A stretch of 64,000 nucleotides of DNA from an uncultured Phycisphaerales bacterium. GTDB taxonomy: Bacteria > Planctomycetota > Phycisphaerae > Tepidisphaerales > Tepidisphaeraceae. Position 1 is the stretch's first letter. Every line of letters starts with the position of its first letter. Location: positions 736,001 through 800,000 of the forward strand of contig CAVWLP010000003.1 of assembly GCA_963755915.1 (NCBI GenBank), written 5' to 3'. The notes beneath the pieces are model-generated. The model saw only the letters and a list, made by a program, of their open reading frames with translations, made no database searches and was not told the origin of the DNA. Position numbers and translations under genes: made by a program. Positions 1 to 9,753 of this stretch are shown in pieces.

Positions 1-2
1 AG

Positions 3-740
3 GAGGGCGTCATCGACGAGCCCGAGCTGGGCAAGCTGCTCGGCGAGGCGGGAAGCGACGACGGGATCGGCGGGGTTGGCCTGCATGATGCCCAGGAGCT
101 GCTGGACGCGATCGACGGGGAGCGCGGTGGCCTGAGTCGTGATGTAGCGGATCTTCAGCGCCTTGAGGTTCATGGGATTGAGCGTGCGGGCGTCGTCGAG
201 CATTTTCATGGCCTCTTTGTTGAGGCCCTTCTGCTGGAGGAGTTGGGCGGCACGCCAGGCGACTTCGCTTTTGACGGGGTCGGAAATTCCCTGCTTCTGG
301 AGGAGGAAGCGGAGATAGGCGAGGCGCTGATCGACGGATTGGACCGCGTCGGACTGGAGATAAAGATCGATGTACTGGAGCTGGGCGGTCTGGTCTTCGC
401 GGGCGTCGTCGCGGTCGAGCTTGCGGTAGTCGGCGAGGGCCTGGAGGGCACCCTGTACGTCATTGGTTTCCATGAGCACGTCGGCGAGGGAGCGGTAGAA
501 GCGCGGCTCGGAAGGTTCGAGGCGGCTGGCGGCGCGGTAGAGAGTGGAGGCCTGGTCGAATACGCGCGCAGGGAGGGGGTCTTTGCGGAAGATCTGGTGA
601 GCTTCGAGGGAGAAGCGTTCGGCGAGGGCGATGGAGCCGTCGGGGTCGGATTGGGGGACGTCGGTGTCGTCGGCAAAGGTGCGGGCGACGAAAAGAGCGA
701 TGGCGGCGGTCAGGATTGGTAGAAGAAAACGGTCCTTCAT
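3..740 (-). CDS. Secreted TPR-like helical repeat protein, 5' part (runs off the window edge)
   Basis: Manual translation from ATG at 740 gives MKDRFLLPILTAAIALFVARTFADD..., a signal-peptide-like start followed by helical repeats. No stop before position 1. Confidence 0.6.
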   Translation of the reverse strand, partial: MKDRFLLPILTAAIALFVARTFADDTDVPQSDPDGSIALAERFSLEAHQIFRKDPLPARVFDQASTLYRAASRLEPSEPRFYRSLADVLMETNDVQGALQALADYRKLDRDDAREDQTAQLQYIDLYLQSDAVQSVDQRLAYLRFLLQKQGISDPVKSEVAWRAAQLLQQKGLNKEAMKMLDDARTLNPMNLKALKIRYITTQATALPVDRVQQLLGIMQANPADPVVASRLAEQLAQLGLVDDAL

Positions 741-812
741 GGGTTCCTCATGGGATACTTCAGATTTATTGAATTACGAATCTTCGAGGAGGAAAGGTCG
801 GGAGGCAAGAGG

Positions 813-898
813 CAAATGCCGATTGCCGAATGCCAAATGACGAATTGAAGAGCTGCATGTTGCGTTTATTCGGCATTTGGCATTCGGCACTTGGTAAT
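813..898. repeat. Inverted heptamer-array repeat (AATGCCR / YGGCATT family)
   Basis: aatgccg-attgccg-aatgcca-aatgacg followed by complementary cggcatt-tggcatt-cggcact. A sister copy lies at 17236-17333. Confidence 0.8.
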
Positions 899-948
899 TA
901 GGAATAGGTCCCCTTCGATATACGGCTAAATGAGCATGTTATCGGCGT

Positions 949-1758
949 TTATGCGGGTTGCTGGAACATTTCCTGCAGGATTGGGCGTCCGGCACTGATT
1001 TCCTCGGGGTCGGCGAGGAGCTCAGCTCGGCGGCGGAGCCAGCGGGCGAGGTCCAGGCGATGGGTTTTATATGCGGCAACCGCCAAAAGAGCTTGGGAAC
1101 GGGCGGCGTCGAGCCGGGACATCAGCTCGCACATCTGGATCTTGGCACCGACGAACTGAAGCATAGACTCCCAAGCGCCAATGCGCCAGCCGTAGTCAAG
1201 TTGCAGAAATTGCAGATTGAGGGCCTCGGCGAGGTCGAGACGGAAGCGGTAGAGGCGGGTCATGGCGTTGTAGGCGCCGGTGAGGTCGCCGACCTGAAGC
1301 ATGGAATCGGCAAGAACCAGCAGCGAACCGCGGGCGAGGCCGGGGAGATTGGAGAGCCTTTGGGCGAGGACGGCCTGACAGAGGAGGGTGGATTCGCGCC
1401 AGCGCTGCTGAGCGTGGCGGAGGACGGCAAGATGGTGGAGGTTGAGAAGCTTGGCGGTTCGGAAAAGAGAGAAGGTTCGCAGGGCCTCGTCAATGTGGCG
1501 TTCGGCGCGGTCGAATTCACCGGCGGCGATGAGTGAGGGAGAGTCGGCGGCGATGCGGGTGCCCTGCATGCTGCGATAGCTGAGGAAGACCCAGAGGCCT
1601 CCAACGCCCAGGAGCAGGACCATCCAGTTCTGGTGGGTGCCGAAGAGGGGCTGGGCGAGGATACAGAGCATGGCGGCAACGAGCAGGGCGAGGCGAATGA
1701 GGGCGGCGATGGTGAGATCGCGGCGGAAACGAGTGATGGCGACTTCGACGGGAAGCAT
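949..1758 (-). CDS. Hypothetical membrane-anchored helical/TPR-like protein
   Basis: 269-aa ORF with two N-terminal hydrophobic segments, then Leu/Ala-rich helices. Abuts the upstream gene. Confidence 0.65.
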   Translation of the reverse strand: MLPVEVAITRFRRDLTIAALIRLALLVAAMLCILAQPLFGTHQNWMVLLLGVGGLWVFLSYRSMQGTRIAADSPSLIAAGEFDRAERHIDEALRTFSLFRTAKLLNLHHLAVLRHAQQRWRESTLLCQAVLAQRLSNLPGLARGSLLVLADSMLQVGDLTGAYNAMTRLYRFRLDLAEALNLQFLQLDYGWRIGAWESMLQFVGAKIQMCELMSRLDAARSQALLAVAAYKTHRLDLARWLRRRAELLADPEEISAGRPILQEMFQQPA

Positions 1759-1760
1759 GG

Positions 1761-2648
1761 TTATGCGACCTCCGCGGGAGCGGGGGCCGGGGAATATTTT
1801 TGAGTAAGGACGGAAACTTCGGGGTAGCGGCGGATCAGCTCTGCGAGGGGCAATAGGTTGGTGGCGTTTTTGAAAGCGGTTTGGGCTTCTTCGCGGCGGT
1901 CGAGCATGTCGAAGGCGCGGGCGACGAGCGCCCAGCCGTCGGCGACGCGATGGCCGAGCTGCTTGCGCATGACGGCTTTGCGCTGGTCGAAGAGTTCGAT
2001 GGCTTCGGCGGGGTGGCCGGTTTTGACGTCGCGGTAGATTTCGACGAGGGCGAGGCCGGCGGATTCGACGCCGCGGGAGGTGCGGCGAAGCTCGGCGATG
2101 GCGCGATCGGCGTCGAGGAGGTTTTCCTCGCGAAGCAGTGCCATGGCGCGGCCGAGGCGGACGAGATGATCGGTGGCGTCGTCGAGGGCCATTTCGCTGA
2201 GAATGTAGTCGTAGACGGAGACGGAGTCTTCAAAGCGGTGATAGCGGGCGAGGACCATGGCGAGGAAAAAGAGCGCCTGGGCGCGGGCGATGGGAGAGCG
2301 CGCCGGGCGGGAGAGAAGGCCCTGGAGCATCAAGCCGGCTTCGTTCCAGCGGCGGAGATGGATGAGCTCTTCGACGGAGGAGACGGTGGCGTGCTCGATG
2401 CGGGCGCGGCGGGCGCCGCTGAAGGCCATGAGGGTGATGCTGCCGACGAAACCCATGAGGGCGCAGCCGATGAGGGAATCGAGCAGGTCCTGCGATTGGG
2501 CGCTTTGGGAAGAGTGGCCGACGGCCCAGGAGAAGATCATGGCGATGACGAAGCCGCCGAGGAGAAACTGGAGCCAGGGAATGCGGGCGCGGGGCTCTGA
2601 GACTTCGATGAGGACAGTGGGGTCGAGGAATGGGGGCTGGGGTTCCAT
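1761..2648 (-). CDS. Hypothetical membrane-anchored TPR-like protein
   Basis: Likely start MEPQPP at 2648; two TM segments, then TPR-like repeats. Confidence 0.65.
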   Translation of the reverse strand: MEPQPPFLDPTVLIEVSEPRARIPWLQFLLGGFVIAMIFSWAVGHSSQSAQSQDLLDSLIGCALMGFVGSITLMAFSGARRARIEHATVSSVEELIHLRRWNEAGLMLQGLLSRPARSPIARAQALFFLAMVLARYHRFEDSVSVYDYILSEMALDDATDHLVRLGRAMALLREENLLDADRAIAELRRTSRGVESAGLALVEIYRDVKTGHPAEAIELFDQRKAVMRKQLGHRVADGWALVARAFDMLDRREEAQTAFKNATNLLPLAELIRRYPEVSVLTQKYSPAPAPAEVA

Positions 2649-2664
2649 GATCGGCAAGAGGATT

Positions 2665-3660
2665 CTAGGCGAAGCACTCTGGATTGGAAGGTAACGGGTC
2701 GGCAAGGGCGATGGGACGGGTAAAATCGCGGGTGAAAGCCGCAGCGGACTGGGCAATGTCTTTTTCGATCTGGATTTTCAGGGGCTCGATGGCGGAGTAG
2801 ATGCGCTGCTCGCGGATCCAGTCGAGGAGGTCTACGGAGAGGGTTTGGCCGTAGAGGTCGCCGGAGAAACCGATGATGTGGGCTTCGATTTGACGGGGGT
2901 TTTCGCCGAAGGTGGGCATGGTGCCGATGCTGAGGGCGACGGGGAAATCTTTTCCGGCGATTGTGGTTCGGGCGGCGTAGACGCCGTCGGCGGGGATGAA
3001 TTGGTCGTCACACTTGAGGTTGGCGGTGGGGAAGCCGAGGGATCGTCCGCGGGCGTGTCCGGGCTGGACGGGGCCGGCGAGGCGATAGGGGCGGCCGAGG
3101 CAGATGCAGGCTTCGCGGGCGCGGCCGTAGGCGAGAAGGAAGCGGATGACGGAGCTGCTGACGGGGGTGATTTGGAGATCGAGCAGCGAGAGCTGCAGGG
3201 AGGGGACGATGTGTAGTTTGACGTTGGTGTTCTGAGACCATTGCTGGAGCAGCTCGACGGAGCCACGGGCGCCACGGCCGAAACGGAAGGAGGCGCCTTC
3301 GACGAGATCGGAGACGGCGATCTGGTCTTTGAGGATGGTCCAGAAGTCTTCGGCGGTGAGGTCGAGGACTTTTTTTTCCGGGGGGAGGATGACGAGGTAA
3401 TCGGCACCCTCGGATTCCAGGAGGGTCTGTTTGAGGCCGGGGGGCGTGAGGCGCGGGGGAGCGGCGGAGGGACGGAGGACGGTCATGGGATGGGGTTCGA
3501 AGGTGACCAGGACCATCGGTGCGCGGCGCTTGTCGGCGAGTTGTCGGGCGAATTGGAAGATTCGGCGGTGACCGAGGTGGACGCCGTCGAAGTTTCCGAT
3601 GGACATCACGGAATTTCTGGGGGTTTGGTGGAGACCGTCTAGGCCGTGTAGGAGGTGCAT
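2665..3660 (-). CDS. ribF: Bifunctional riboflavin kinase / FAD synthetase
   Basis: IGNFDGVHLGH, TFEPHP, VSSSVIR and GRSLGFPTAN motifs. Confidence 0.95.
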   Translation of the reverse strand: MHLLHGLDGLHQTPRNSVMSIGNFDGVHLGHRRIFQFARQLADKRRAPMVLVTFEPHPMTVLRPSAAPPRLTPPGLKQTLLESEGADYLVILPPEKKVLDLTAEDFWTILKDQIAVSDLVEGASFRFGRGARGSVELLQQWSQNTNVKLHIVPSLQLSLLDLQITPVSSSVIRFLLAYGRAREACICLGRPYRLAGPVQPGHARGRSLGFPTANLKCDDQFIPADGVYAARTTIAGKDFPVALSIGTMPTFGENPRQIEAHIIGFSGDLYGQTLSVDLLDWIREQRIYSAIEPLKIQIEKDIAQSAAAFTRDFTRPIALADPLPSNPECFA

Positions 3661-3696
3661 ATGGGTTTGCGAAGAACGGGCCGGGGACGGCCCGGC

Positions 3697-4842
3697 TCAT
3701 GCCTGGGGCGAAAGTTTGCCTGGATTATTGCGCCGTGGTGAAGAGCGCGGGAGAGAACGCGCGGGTTGGGTCCGGGCGGTCGCCTTGGGGGTTTTGTAGA
3801 CATCGAGAATCAGCGCGAAAAGCCAGAGGATGAGCAGGGCAACGAGGGCGTAAATGCTCTGCCAGGCGCCCATGCCTGGGGTTTGGGAGGCGAGATATGC
3901 GATACCCTCGACGACCCACAGGTGCAGGACGTAGACCGGGAGGCTCTTTTTGCCCAGGGTCTGGACGAAGGCGGCGGCGGAGGTGTCACGCAGCCAGGGC
4001 CAGAGGAGATCGGTCGTGGAGATCAGGGCGAAAGTGATGCTGAGGTAACGCAGGGCTTCGGGGGTGGAAAGGGGCGTTTTCACGAAGGCGATGCCGAAGC
4101 TGAGATATTGCATGCCCCAGAGGTAGCTGTACTCCATGACGAAAAGGACGCAAGCCATGAGAGTGGAGGCAGCGGCGAGGGTGATTTTCCATTTCTGGGA
4201 GAGGGCGTTGTATTTGGGCCAGGCCCAGCCGAGGAGCAGGCCGAGGATGAAGATCATCTGCCAGAGGACGGGCGCGAAGACGTCATGCTGAGCAGGTGCG
4301 AGAGCCCAGGGGTGCCAGAGGCCCCAGGCGAAGAGGGAGATGCTACCGATGAGGACGAAGAGCCATCCGCGGGAGAAGCGGAGGAGCATCATGAGGATCG
4401 GGGAGAGGGCGATCATCATGACATAGAAGGGAAGAAGATCGCCGCCTTCGCGGAGGAGGAGGATATCGCGGAGGAGGGACAGGGGGTTGATGGAGGCGCC
4501 GCGAGCCCCGGTGAGGACCTCGATGATGATGGCCACCATCGCGCACATGTAATTGACGACGAGGATGTAGAGGGAGCGTCGCCAGAGGGCGCGGTAGGTT
4601 TTAGCGCGGCGTTTGGGGTCCGCAGCGCGGGGGCAGAAGATGACCCCGATGCTGAGTCCGGAAACGAAGATGAACCCCCCCGCCGCGAAGCGGGTATAGG
4701 AGCCGAAGAAGTCGTGGAAGAAAGAACCGAACTGGACCTTGGCGTTCCAGACGAGGTGGACAAGGAGCATGTCGATGAGGCACAATCCGCGCCAGAAGTC
4801 GAGGCGTTGATCGCGAACGGCAGGATGGCTGGAAGCGCTCAT
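3697..4842 (-). CDS. OpgC-domain integral membrane acyltransferase-like protein
   Basis: RDQRLDFWRGLCL start, DLLPFY, WQMIF and LGKKSLPVY motifs; many TM segments. Confidence 0.75.
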   Translation of the reverse strand: MSASSHPAVRDQRLDFWRGLCLIDMLLVHLVWNAKVQFGSFFHDFFGSYTRFAAGGFIFVSGLSIGVIFCPRAADPKRRAKTYRALWRRSLYILVVNYMCAMVAIIIEVLTGARGASINPLSLLRDILLLREGGDLLPFYVMMIALSPILMMLLRFSRGWLFVLIGSISLFAWGLWHPWALAPAQHDVFAPVLWQMIFILGLLLGWAWPKYNALSQKWKITLAAASTLMACVLFVMEYSYLWGMQYLSFGIAFVKTPLSTPEALRYLSITFALISTTDLLWPWLRDTSAAAFVQTLGKKSLPVYVLHLWVVEGIAYLASQTPGMGAWQSIYALVALLILWLFALILDVYKTPKATARTQPARSLPRSSPRRNNPGKLSPQA

Positions 4843-4952
4843 CGTCGGAATAGTGTAGGTGGCCTATATACTAATTGACCCCTGGCGCGTTGGTTGCCGG
4901 ATGTTACGTAACGGTCCTAAGCATATCAAGTGCCGGAACATGGGAGGAATAA

Positions 4953-5731
4953 ATGTTTCAGCGTTTAGCAACATTTTTTATGGTTTTAGTGCCCGTTTTT
5001 GCGTTTGCGGACATCGTGAAAACACCCGTTCATTATCGACAGGGAGACACCGACCTTGAAGGATTGTTAGTTTACGACAACAGCATCACGGGTCAGCGAC
5101 CGGGAGTTCTGGTATTTCCGGAATGGTGGGGATTGAACGATTATCCGAAGCATCGCGCGGAAATGCTTGCACAGCTTGGGTATGTGGCGTTTGCGGCGGA
5201 TATGTACGGGAACGACCAGACGACAGACAGCCCGGACGATGCGCAAAAGTGGATGACGGCAGCGAAAAGCGACCTAGGGACGCTGCGGCGCGGGCCCAGG
5301 CGGCGCTGGACGTTTTATCGAAGGATCCACACGTCGATCCCAGCAAAATCGCGGCAATCGGGTATTGCTTTGGGGGAACCGTGGCCCTGGAGCTGGCGGA
5401 GAGCGGGGCGCCGATCGCGGGGGTGGTGTCATTTCACGGCGGGTTGCCGACCGACCATCCGGAGGATGCCAAGAATATCAAGGGAAAGATACTGATATGC
5501 ACGGGTGGGGATGATGCATTCGTGCCGCCGAGCCAGGTGGAGGCGTATGAGGACGCGCTACGGCAGGCTGGAGTGGACTGGCAGGTGATTTCTTACGGCG
5601 GGGCGCATCATGCGTTTACCAATCCGGCAGCGGATTCACACCATATCCCCAATATTGCCTATAACGCGGCGGCGGATAAGCGGTCTTGGGAGGCAATGAA
5701 GGGGTTTTTTACCGAGGTGTTTGGGGGATAA
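4953..5731 (+). CDS. Dienelactone hydrolase family protein (one frameshift near 5290)
   Basis: PEWWGLN in the first frame; GYCFGG, SFHG and HAFTNP in the second. Confidence 0.9.
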
Positions 5732-5794
5732 AGGGGTGGGAGAGGGGGTGGACAACGTCTATAATGGGTTGAGCATTTAGCGGAGATACTGCGT

Positions 5795-7069
5795 ATGGCC
5801 ACTTTTGCGTATGAAGCGATGAATTCTTCCGGGCAGGAGGTAAAGGACGTCATCGAGGCGGATTCGCCGGAGAAGGCGCTGGAGAAGATCAAGGGGAAGG
5901 GGCTGTTTCCAACGAAGATCCGGGAGAAGGCGCAGAAGAAAGCGAAGCAGAAGAAGGCGGCCGCCGGGGATTCGGCGCCGCTGCAGAAGAAGCGCAAGAT
6001 GCCGATCTCGATCGGCGGGGTGCCGCGCAAGCAACTGGTCATGTTCACGCGTCAGCTTTCGACGCTTCAGGACGCGGGTTTGCCGATCTTGAGGAGTTTG
6101 CAAATCCTGGAGCAGCAGCAGAAGCCGGGATTGCTCAAGGCAATCATCGGGGGCGTGTCGGATGAAGTGGAAGGCGGCGGCACTTTATCGGATGCGATGG
6201 CGAAGTTCCCCAAGGCGTTTGACAAGCTGTACGTGAACATGATCAACGCGGGAGAAGCGGGCGGTGTGCTCGATCTGATCCTGGCCCGCTTAGCTGAGTT
6301 CATGGAGAAGGCGGCCAAGCTGAAGAAGAAGGTCATTGGGGCGATGATCTATCCGTGCGTGGTCATCTCGATCGCGATCGGCGTGGTGTCGCTGATCATG
6401 GTGGTCGTGATTCCGAAATTTCAAGGGATCTTCCGCGACTTCCACACCGATTTGCCCGAGGTGACGCAGATCTTGCTGAACATCAGTCATTGGTTTGCGG
6501 AGGATTATGGGTGGGCGTATGTGATGTTTTCGCCGCTGGTGCTGATCGGGCTCGTGAAGCTGATTCAGCTCAGCCAGGGCGGGAAATATCTGGTCGACGC
6601 GATCAAGCTGAAGATTCCGATTCTGGGGGGCATCCTGGGTAAGACGGCAATTGCGCGGTTTACGCGGACACTGGGAACGCTGATCAGCGCCGGTGTGCCG
6701 ATTCTCGATGCGATTAACATCACCAAGGAAACCTGCGGCAACGAGGTGTATACGCGGGCGCTGTCGAAGGTGCATGATGCGATTCGCGAAGGCGAGTCGA
6801 TGGCGGACCCGCTGAGGGCCACCAAGGTTTGCGACGCGATCGTGGTGAACATGATCGACGTGGGAGAAGAAACCGGCGACCTGGACAAGATGCTCATCAA
6901 GGTCGCGGATAACTATGACAGCGACGTGGACGTGCTGGTCAGTTCGCTGATCAGCATCCTGGAGCCGGTGATGGTGGTGGTGCTGGGTGTGATCGTGGGA
7001 TTCATTGTCGTGGCGCTGTTTATGCCGATGGTGAGTTTGATTGAGACGATTTCTTCACCCAAGCACTGA
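5795..7069 (+). CDS. pilC: Type IV pilus / T2SS platform protein (GspF/PilC family)
   Basis: FTRQLSTLQDAGLP, AGEAGGVLD, AMIYP and GEETGDLD motifs. Confidence 0.9.
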   Translation: MATFAYEAMNSSGQEVKDVIEADSPEKALEKIKGKGLFPTKIREKAQKKAKQKKAAAGDSAPLQKKRKMPISIGGVPRKQLVMFTRQLSTLQDAGLPILRSLQILEQQQKPGLLKAIIGGVSDEVEGGGTLSDAMAKFPKAFDKLYVNMINAGEAGGVLDLILARLAEFMEKAAKLKKKVIGAMIYPCVVISIAIGVVSLIMVVVIPKFQGIFRDFHTDLPEVTQILLNISHWFAEDYGWAYVMFSPLVLIGLVKLIQLSQGGKYLVDAIKLKIPILGGILGKTAIARFTRTLGTLISAGVPILDAINITKETCGNEVYTRALSKVHDAIREGESMADPLRATKVCDAIVVNMIDVGEETGDLDKMLIKVADNYDSDVDVLVSSLISILEPVMVVVLGVIVGFIVVALFMPMVSLIETISSPKH

Positions 7070-7637
7070 CGAAATCCAAGACCCCCTCCCCTGCCCTCCC
7101 CCGGGGTACCGGGGGCGGGGGAAAGAGCGGGGTATCACGGGGTTCACGCTTATTGAGGCGATGACTGTTGTCGCATTCCTTGTCATCGTACTGGGACTGA
7201 TGATCAGTTTATCGCGGCACGTGCGGGCGACGTCTGCGGATGGGTTGACCAAGGATATTCTGCGGCGGCTGGATGAGGCCATGGATGCGTATGTGCATCA
7301 GTTTGGGTCGATCCCACCGGTGCCGGCGTTTATCGGCGATCAGGCGGTGCCGCCGGAGAGTAATCTGCGCCGGCCGGCGGAACGGAATGATGAGGCGGTG
7401 ATCCGGGCGTTGAAATCGGTTGGGCTGATGAACAAGCGGTTCGATGATCTTTCGATTGCCTATTACGACGAGGTGAGGGTGAGGGATGCGTGGGGAAGCC
7501 CGATTGTGTTTATGCCCCACATGCATCCGGCGATCGGGATGAATCCGAAGGGGTGGTTTTTTTTCAGCGCGGGGCCCGATCGCCAATTCCTGACGCGGGA
7601 TGACAATCTTTATAGTTATGATCAGTTGGGGCAGTAA
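7041..7637 (+). CDS. Prepilin-type N-terminal cleavage/methylation protein (pseudopilin-like)
   Basis: G|FTLIE followed by a hydrophobic helix; C-terminal DAWG...SAGPD motif. The TTG start is uncertain. Confidence 0.8.
   Translation: MRRFLHPSTDEIQDPLPCPPPGYRGRGKERGITGFTLIEAMTVVAFLVIVLGLMISLSRHVRATSADGLTKDILRRLDEAMDAYVHQFGSIPPVPAFIGDQAVPPESNLRRPAERNDEAVIRALKSVGLMNKRFDDLSIAYYDEVRVRDAWGSPIVFMPHMHPAIGMNPKGWFFFSAGPDRQFLTRDDNLYSYDQLGQ
7080..7125. repeat. C-rich/G-rich palindromic REP-like repeat
   Basis: ccccctcccctgccctcccccggggtaccgggggcggggg. A related inverted copy lies at 56432-56473. Confidence 0.65.
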
Positions 7638-7643
7638 CGATTT

Positions 7644-7831
7644 AGGGCGATTTGCATCCGCCGGTAGCGTCTGCGCCGCCTACGGCGGCCCTTCGCGTTG
7701 AGTTCCAAGAGGTCGTCTGCGGCGTCATCGCTCCATCCTGCGGAAGCTGCCTGCGGGAGGTTCGTCGCTCTTCCTTGCATCCGACCTCTTGGAACTCAAC
7801 GCAAACGCTACGGGCGGATGCAAAACGCTCT
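7644..7831. mobile_element. Long palindromic MITE-like element
   Basis: Arms tttgcatccgcc..gtagcgt / acgctac..ggcggatgcaaa and gcgttgagttccaagaggtcg / cgacctcttggaactcaacgc. Confidence 0.7.
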
Positions 7832-7834
7832 TGT

Positions 7835-9142
7835 TTATTGCGCTGGTGGTTTGGCGGGAACGCGACGGGCGCGTGGGAGATGGCGCGAGTAGCGCGGGGC
7901 GTTGACGCCGGGGATTACACGCTCGAAATGGATGTAAACCCAGGGGAAATTGCGGTGGTGAATGCGGTATTCCATGCCCAGGAGCCAGGCGAAATAGTGC
8001 ATGAGGATGATGCCTGAAAAGAGGCAGCCGTAGGCGGGAAGAAAATGCAGGATCCAGGGCGTGGCAGCGCTGCCGAGAATCAGGGCGATCGGCTGCATGC
8101 TGGTGGCGTAGATGCCGGTGAGATAGATGCTCAACGCGATGGGGTAGAGGATGACGAAGAAGGCGTAGCGCGGACCGATTTTTCCGATGGTGCCGAGGAT
8201 GCGCATGGGGTGAAGATTGGAAAGCGATCCGCTGGTGAGGGTGATCAGGACAATCGCGGGGAAGAAGATCAGGCCGAGGCAGTCGAACGAGAGAGCGGAG
8301 AGGAAGGTGATGGGGAGCGGCCAGTTTTTGGCTGCGCCGAAGATCCAGATGATCCGGCCGACGCCGAAGCAGATTATCCAGGCGAGGAAGATTCGCACGA
8401 AGGGGAGCCAGACGTCGTCGGTGAGATTGAAATGGCGGAGGAATCGCGGGAGCTCGTCGCGTTCTTCGAGGCCGACTTCCTCGACGACGTTGCCGTAATG
8501 GGCGACGAGGCCGAGGCCGACGACCACCATGGCGCCGACGGCGAGGATGAGGGAGAACGAAGCCGCGATAAGGAACATGTGGGCGAGGAGGACGAAGAGC
8601 ATGGCGGCGAGATTGACGGGAGAGAAGAGGCGAATGAAGGGGATGGCGATGGAGTAACTATCGGAAAGATCGGCGCGGGCGTAATCGAGGGCGGTGCCGG
8701 CGACGGGAATGGTCGCGGGATGGGGCCGTGGATTTTCCTCCGGGGCGACGGTGAGGGGGCGAATCAGCTCGCCGGTTTCGGGATCGTACTTGGGGGCGGT
8801 GGGATGGAGCTCAAATTCGTCGATGCGGAATTCGGTGCCGGCCTGGGCGATGTCTTCATGGGTAAGGCGGAGATCGCGTTCGACGCCGTCCTCGTCGACG
8901 TGATCGCGGGAGAAGGCCCGCATCATTCTCTCGACCTGCTCCGGATCAGAAACGGGCGGCGGCGCGTCGATGAGGAAGGTGCCATCGTCCGATAACTGGG
9001 CCAACTCGTCCATGGAGGGAACGTCGACGAGGCGCTGGCAGGCGGGGCACTGGACTTGGCGGCCGGCCATGTCGTCTGGGAGGTCGAAAACATGTTTGCA
9101 GCGGCAGGCAAAGTGGATCATGGGGGTTTCCCGCGACATCAT
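7835..9142 (-). CDS. Hypothetical membrane protein with N-terminal Zn-ribbon
   Basis: CRC...CPAC N-terminus, an acidic linker and multiple TM segments. Confidence 0.7.
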   Translation of the reverse strand: MMSRETPMIHFACRCKHVFDLPDDMAGRQVQCPACQRLVDVPSMDELAQLSDDGTFLIDAPPPVSDPEQVERMMRAFSRDHVDEDGVERDLRLTHEDIAQAGTEFRIDEFELHPTAPKYDPETGELIRPLTVAPEENPRPHPATIPVAGTALDYARADLSDSYSIAIPFIRLFSPVNLAAMLFVLLAHMFLIAASFSLILAVGAMVVVGLGLVAHYGNVVEEVGLEERDELPRFLRHFNLTDDVWLPFVRIFLAWIICFGVGRIIWIFGAAKNWPLPITFLSALSFDCLGLIFFPAIVLITLTSGSLSNLHPMRILGTIGKIGPRYAFFVILYPIALSIYLTGIYATSMQPIALILGSAATPWILHFLPAYGCLFSGIILMHYFAWLLGMEYRIHHRNFPWVYIHFERVIPGVNAPRYSRHLPRARRVPAKPPAQ

Positions 9143-9253
9143 ATTATATACACGGGAAGGGCATATCCTCGGTCCGGAGGCATTGATAAGATCGGCTGCG
9201 TCCAGGATGAAGACGCCACCGGAGGGAGGGCGTTTCGTGGAAAAGGATCAAAA

Positions 9254-9658
9254 ATGCTGCGTTTATATGGATTTCTGACGGTGTTTCTGGTTGCCGGGGC
9301 GGCTTATGGGCAGAACGCCACGCCACAGGATTTGCAGAAGGTGAATGCGGAGCTTAAGGCGGAACTGGCGCAGGTGCAGGACCGGAAGGCGGAGCTTTCG
9401 ACGCGGGTGGCCGAGCTGGAGAAACAGAACAACGCGCAGGCGGCGCAGATCGAGGCATTACAAAAGCAGGCGGAGGGATTTGCGGACCGGACGCTTTTTC
9501 TGGGGGCGCATTTCGCGGCGTGGCAGCAGTTCATCGCAGCGAATCCGGCGATCGAGTATCAGTGGGAACTGTTTGAGGCGATGACCGGGGTGGGAAATAA
9601 CCCGCAGGAAAACCCGGTGTTTGTGGATACGAATTGGCCGTTGTCTTCAAAAAAATAA
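9254..9658 (+). CDS. Secreted coiled-coil hypothetical protein
   Basis: ATG at 9254 with an upstream AAGGA; signal peptide and heptad pattern. Confidence 0.6.
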   Translation: MLRLYGFLTVFLVAGAAYGQNATPQDLQKVNAELKAELAQVQDRKAELSTRVAELEKQNNAQAAQIEALQKQAEGFADRTLFLGAHFAAWQQFIAANPAIEYQWELFEAMTGVGNNPQENPVFVDTNWPLSSKK

Positions 9659-9662
9659 AGCG

Positions 9663-9752
9663 ATTCACCGCGGAGATCGCAGAGAGCGCAGAGAAAGTCA
9701 GAACGCAATTTTGTTTTTATCTCTTCGCTCTCTGCGGGCTCCCCGGTGAATT
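9663..9752. repeat. REP-like inverted repeat (TTCACCGCRGAG family)
   Basis: attcaccgcggagatcgcagagagcgcagag...ctcttcgctctctgcgggctccccggtgaat. A half copy lies near 63875-63900. Confidence 0.75.
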
Positions 9753-9753
9753 C

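Noticed and set aside
4903-4912. GTTACGTAAC palindrome in a divergent promoter region
   Set aside because: A single 10-bp occurrence; not enough support.
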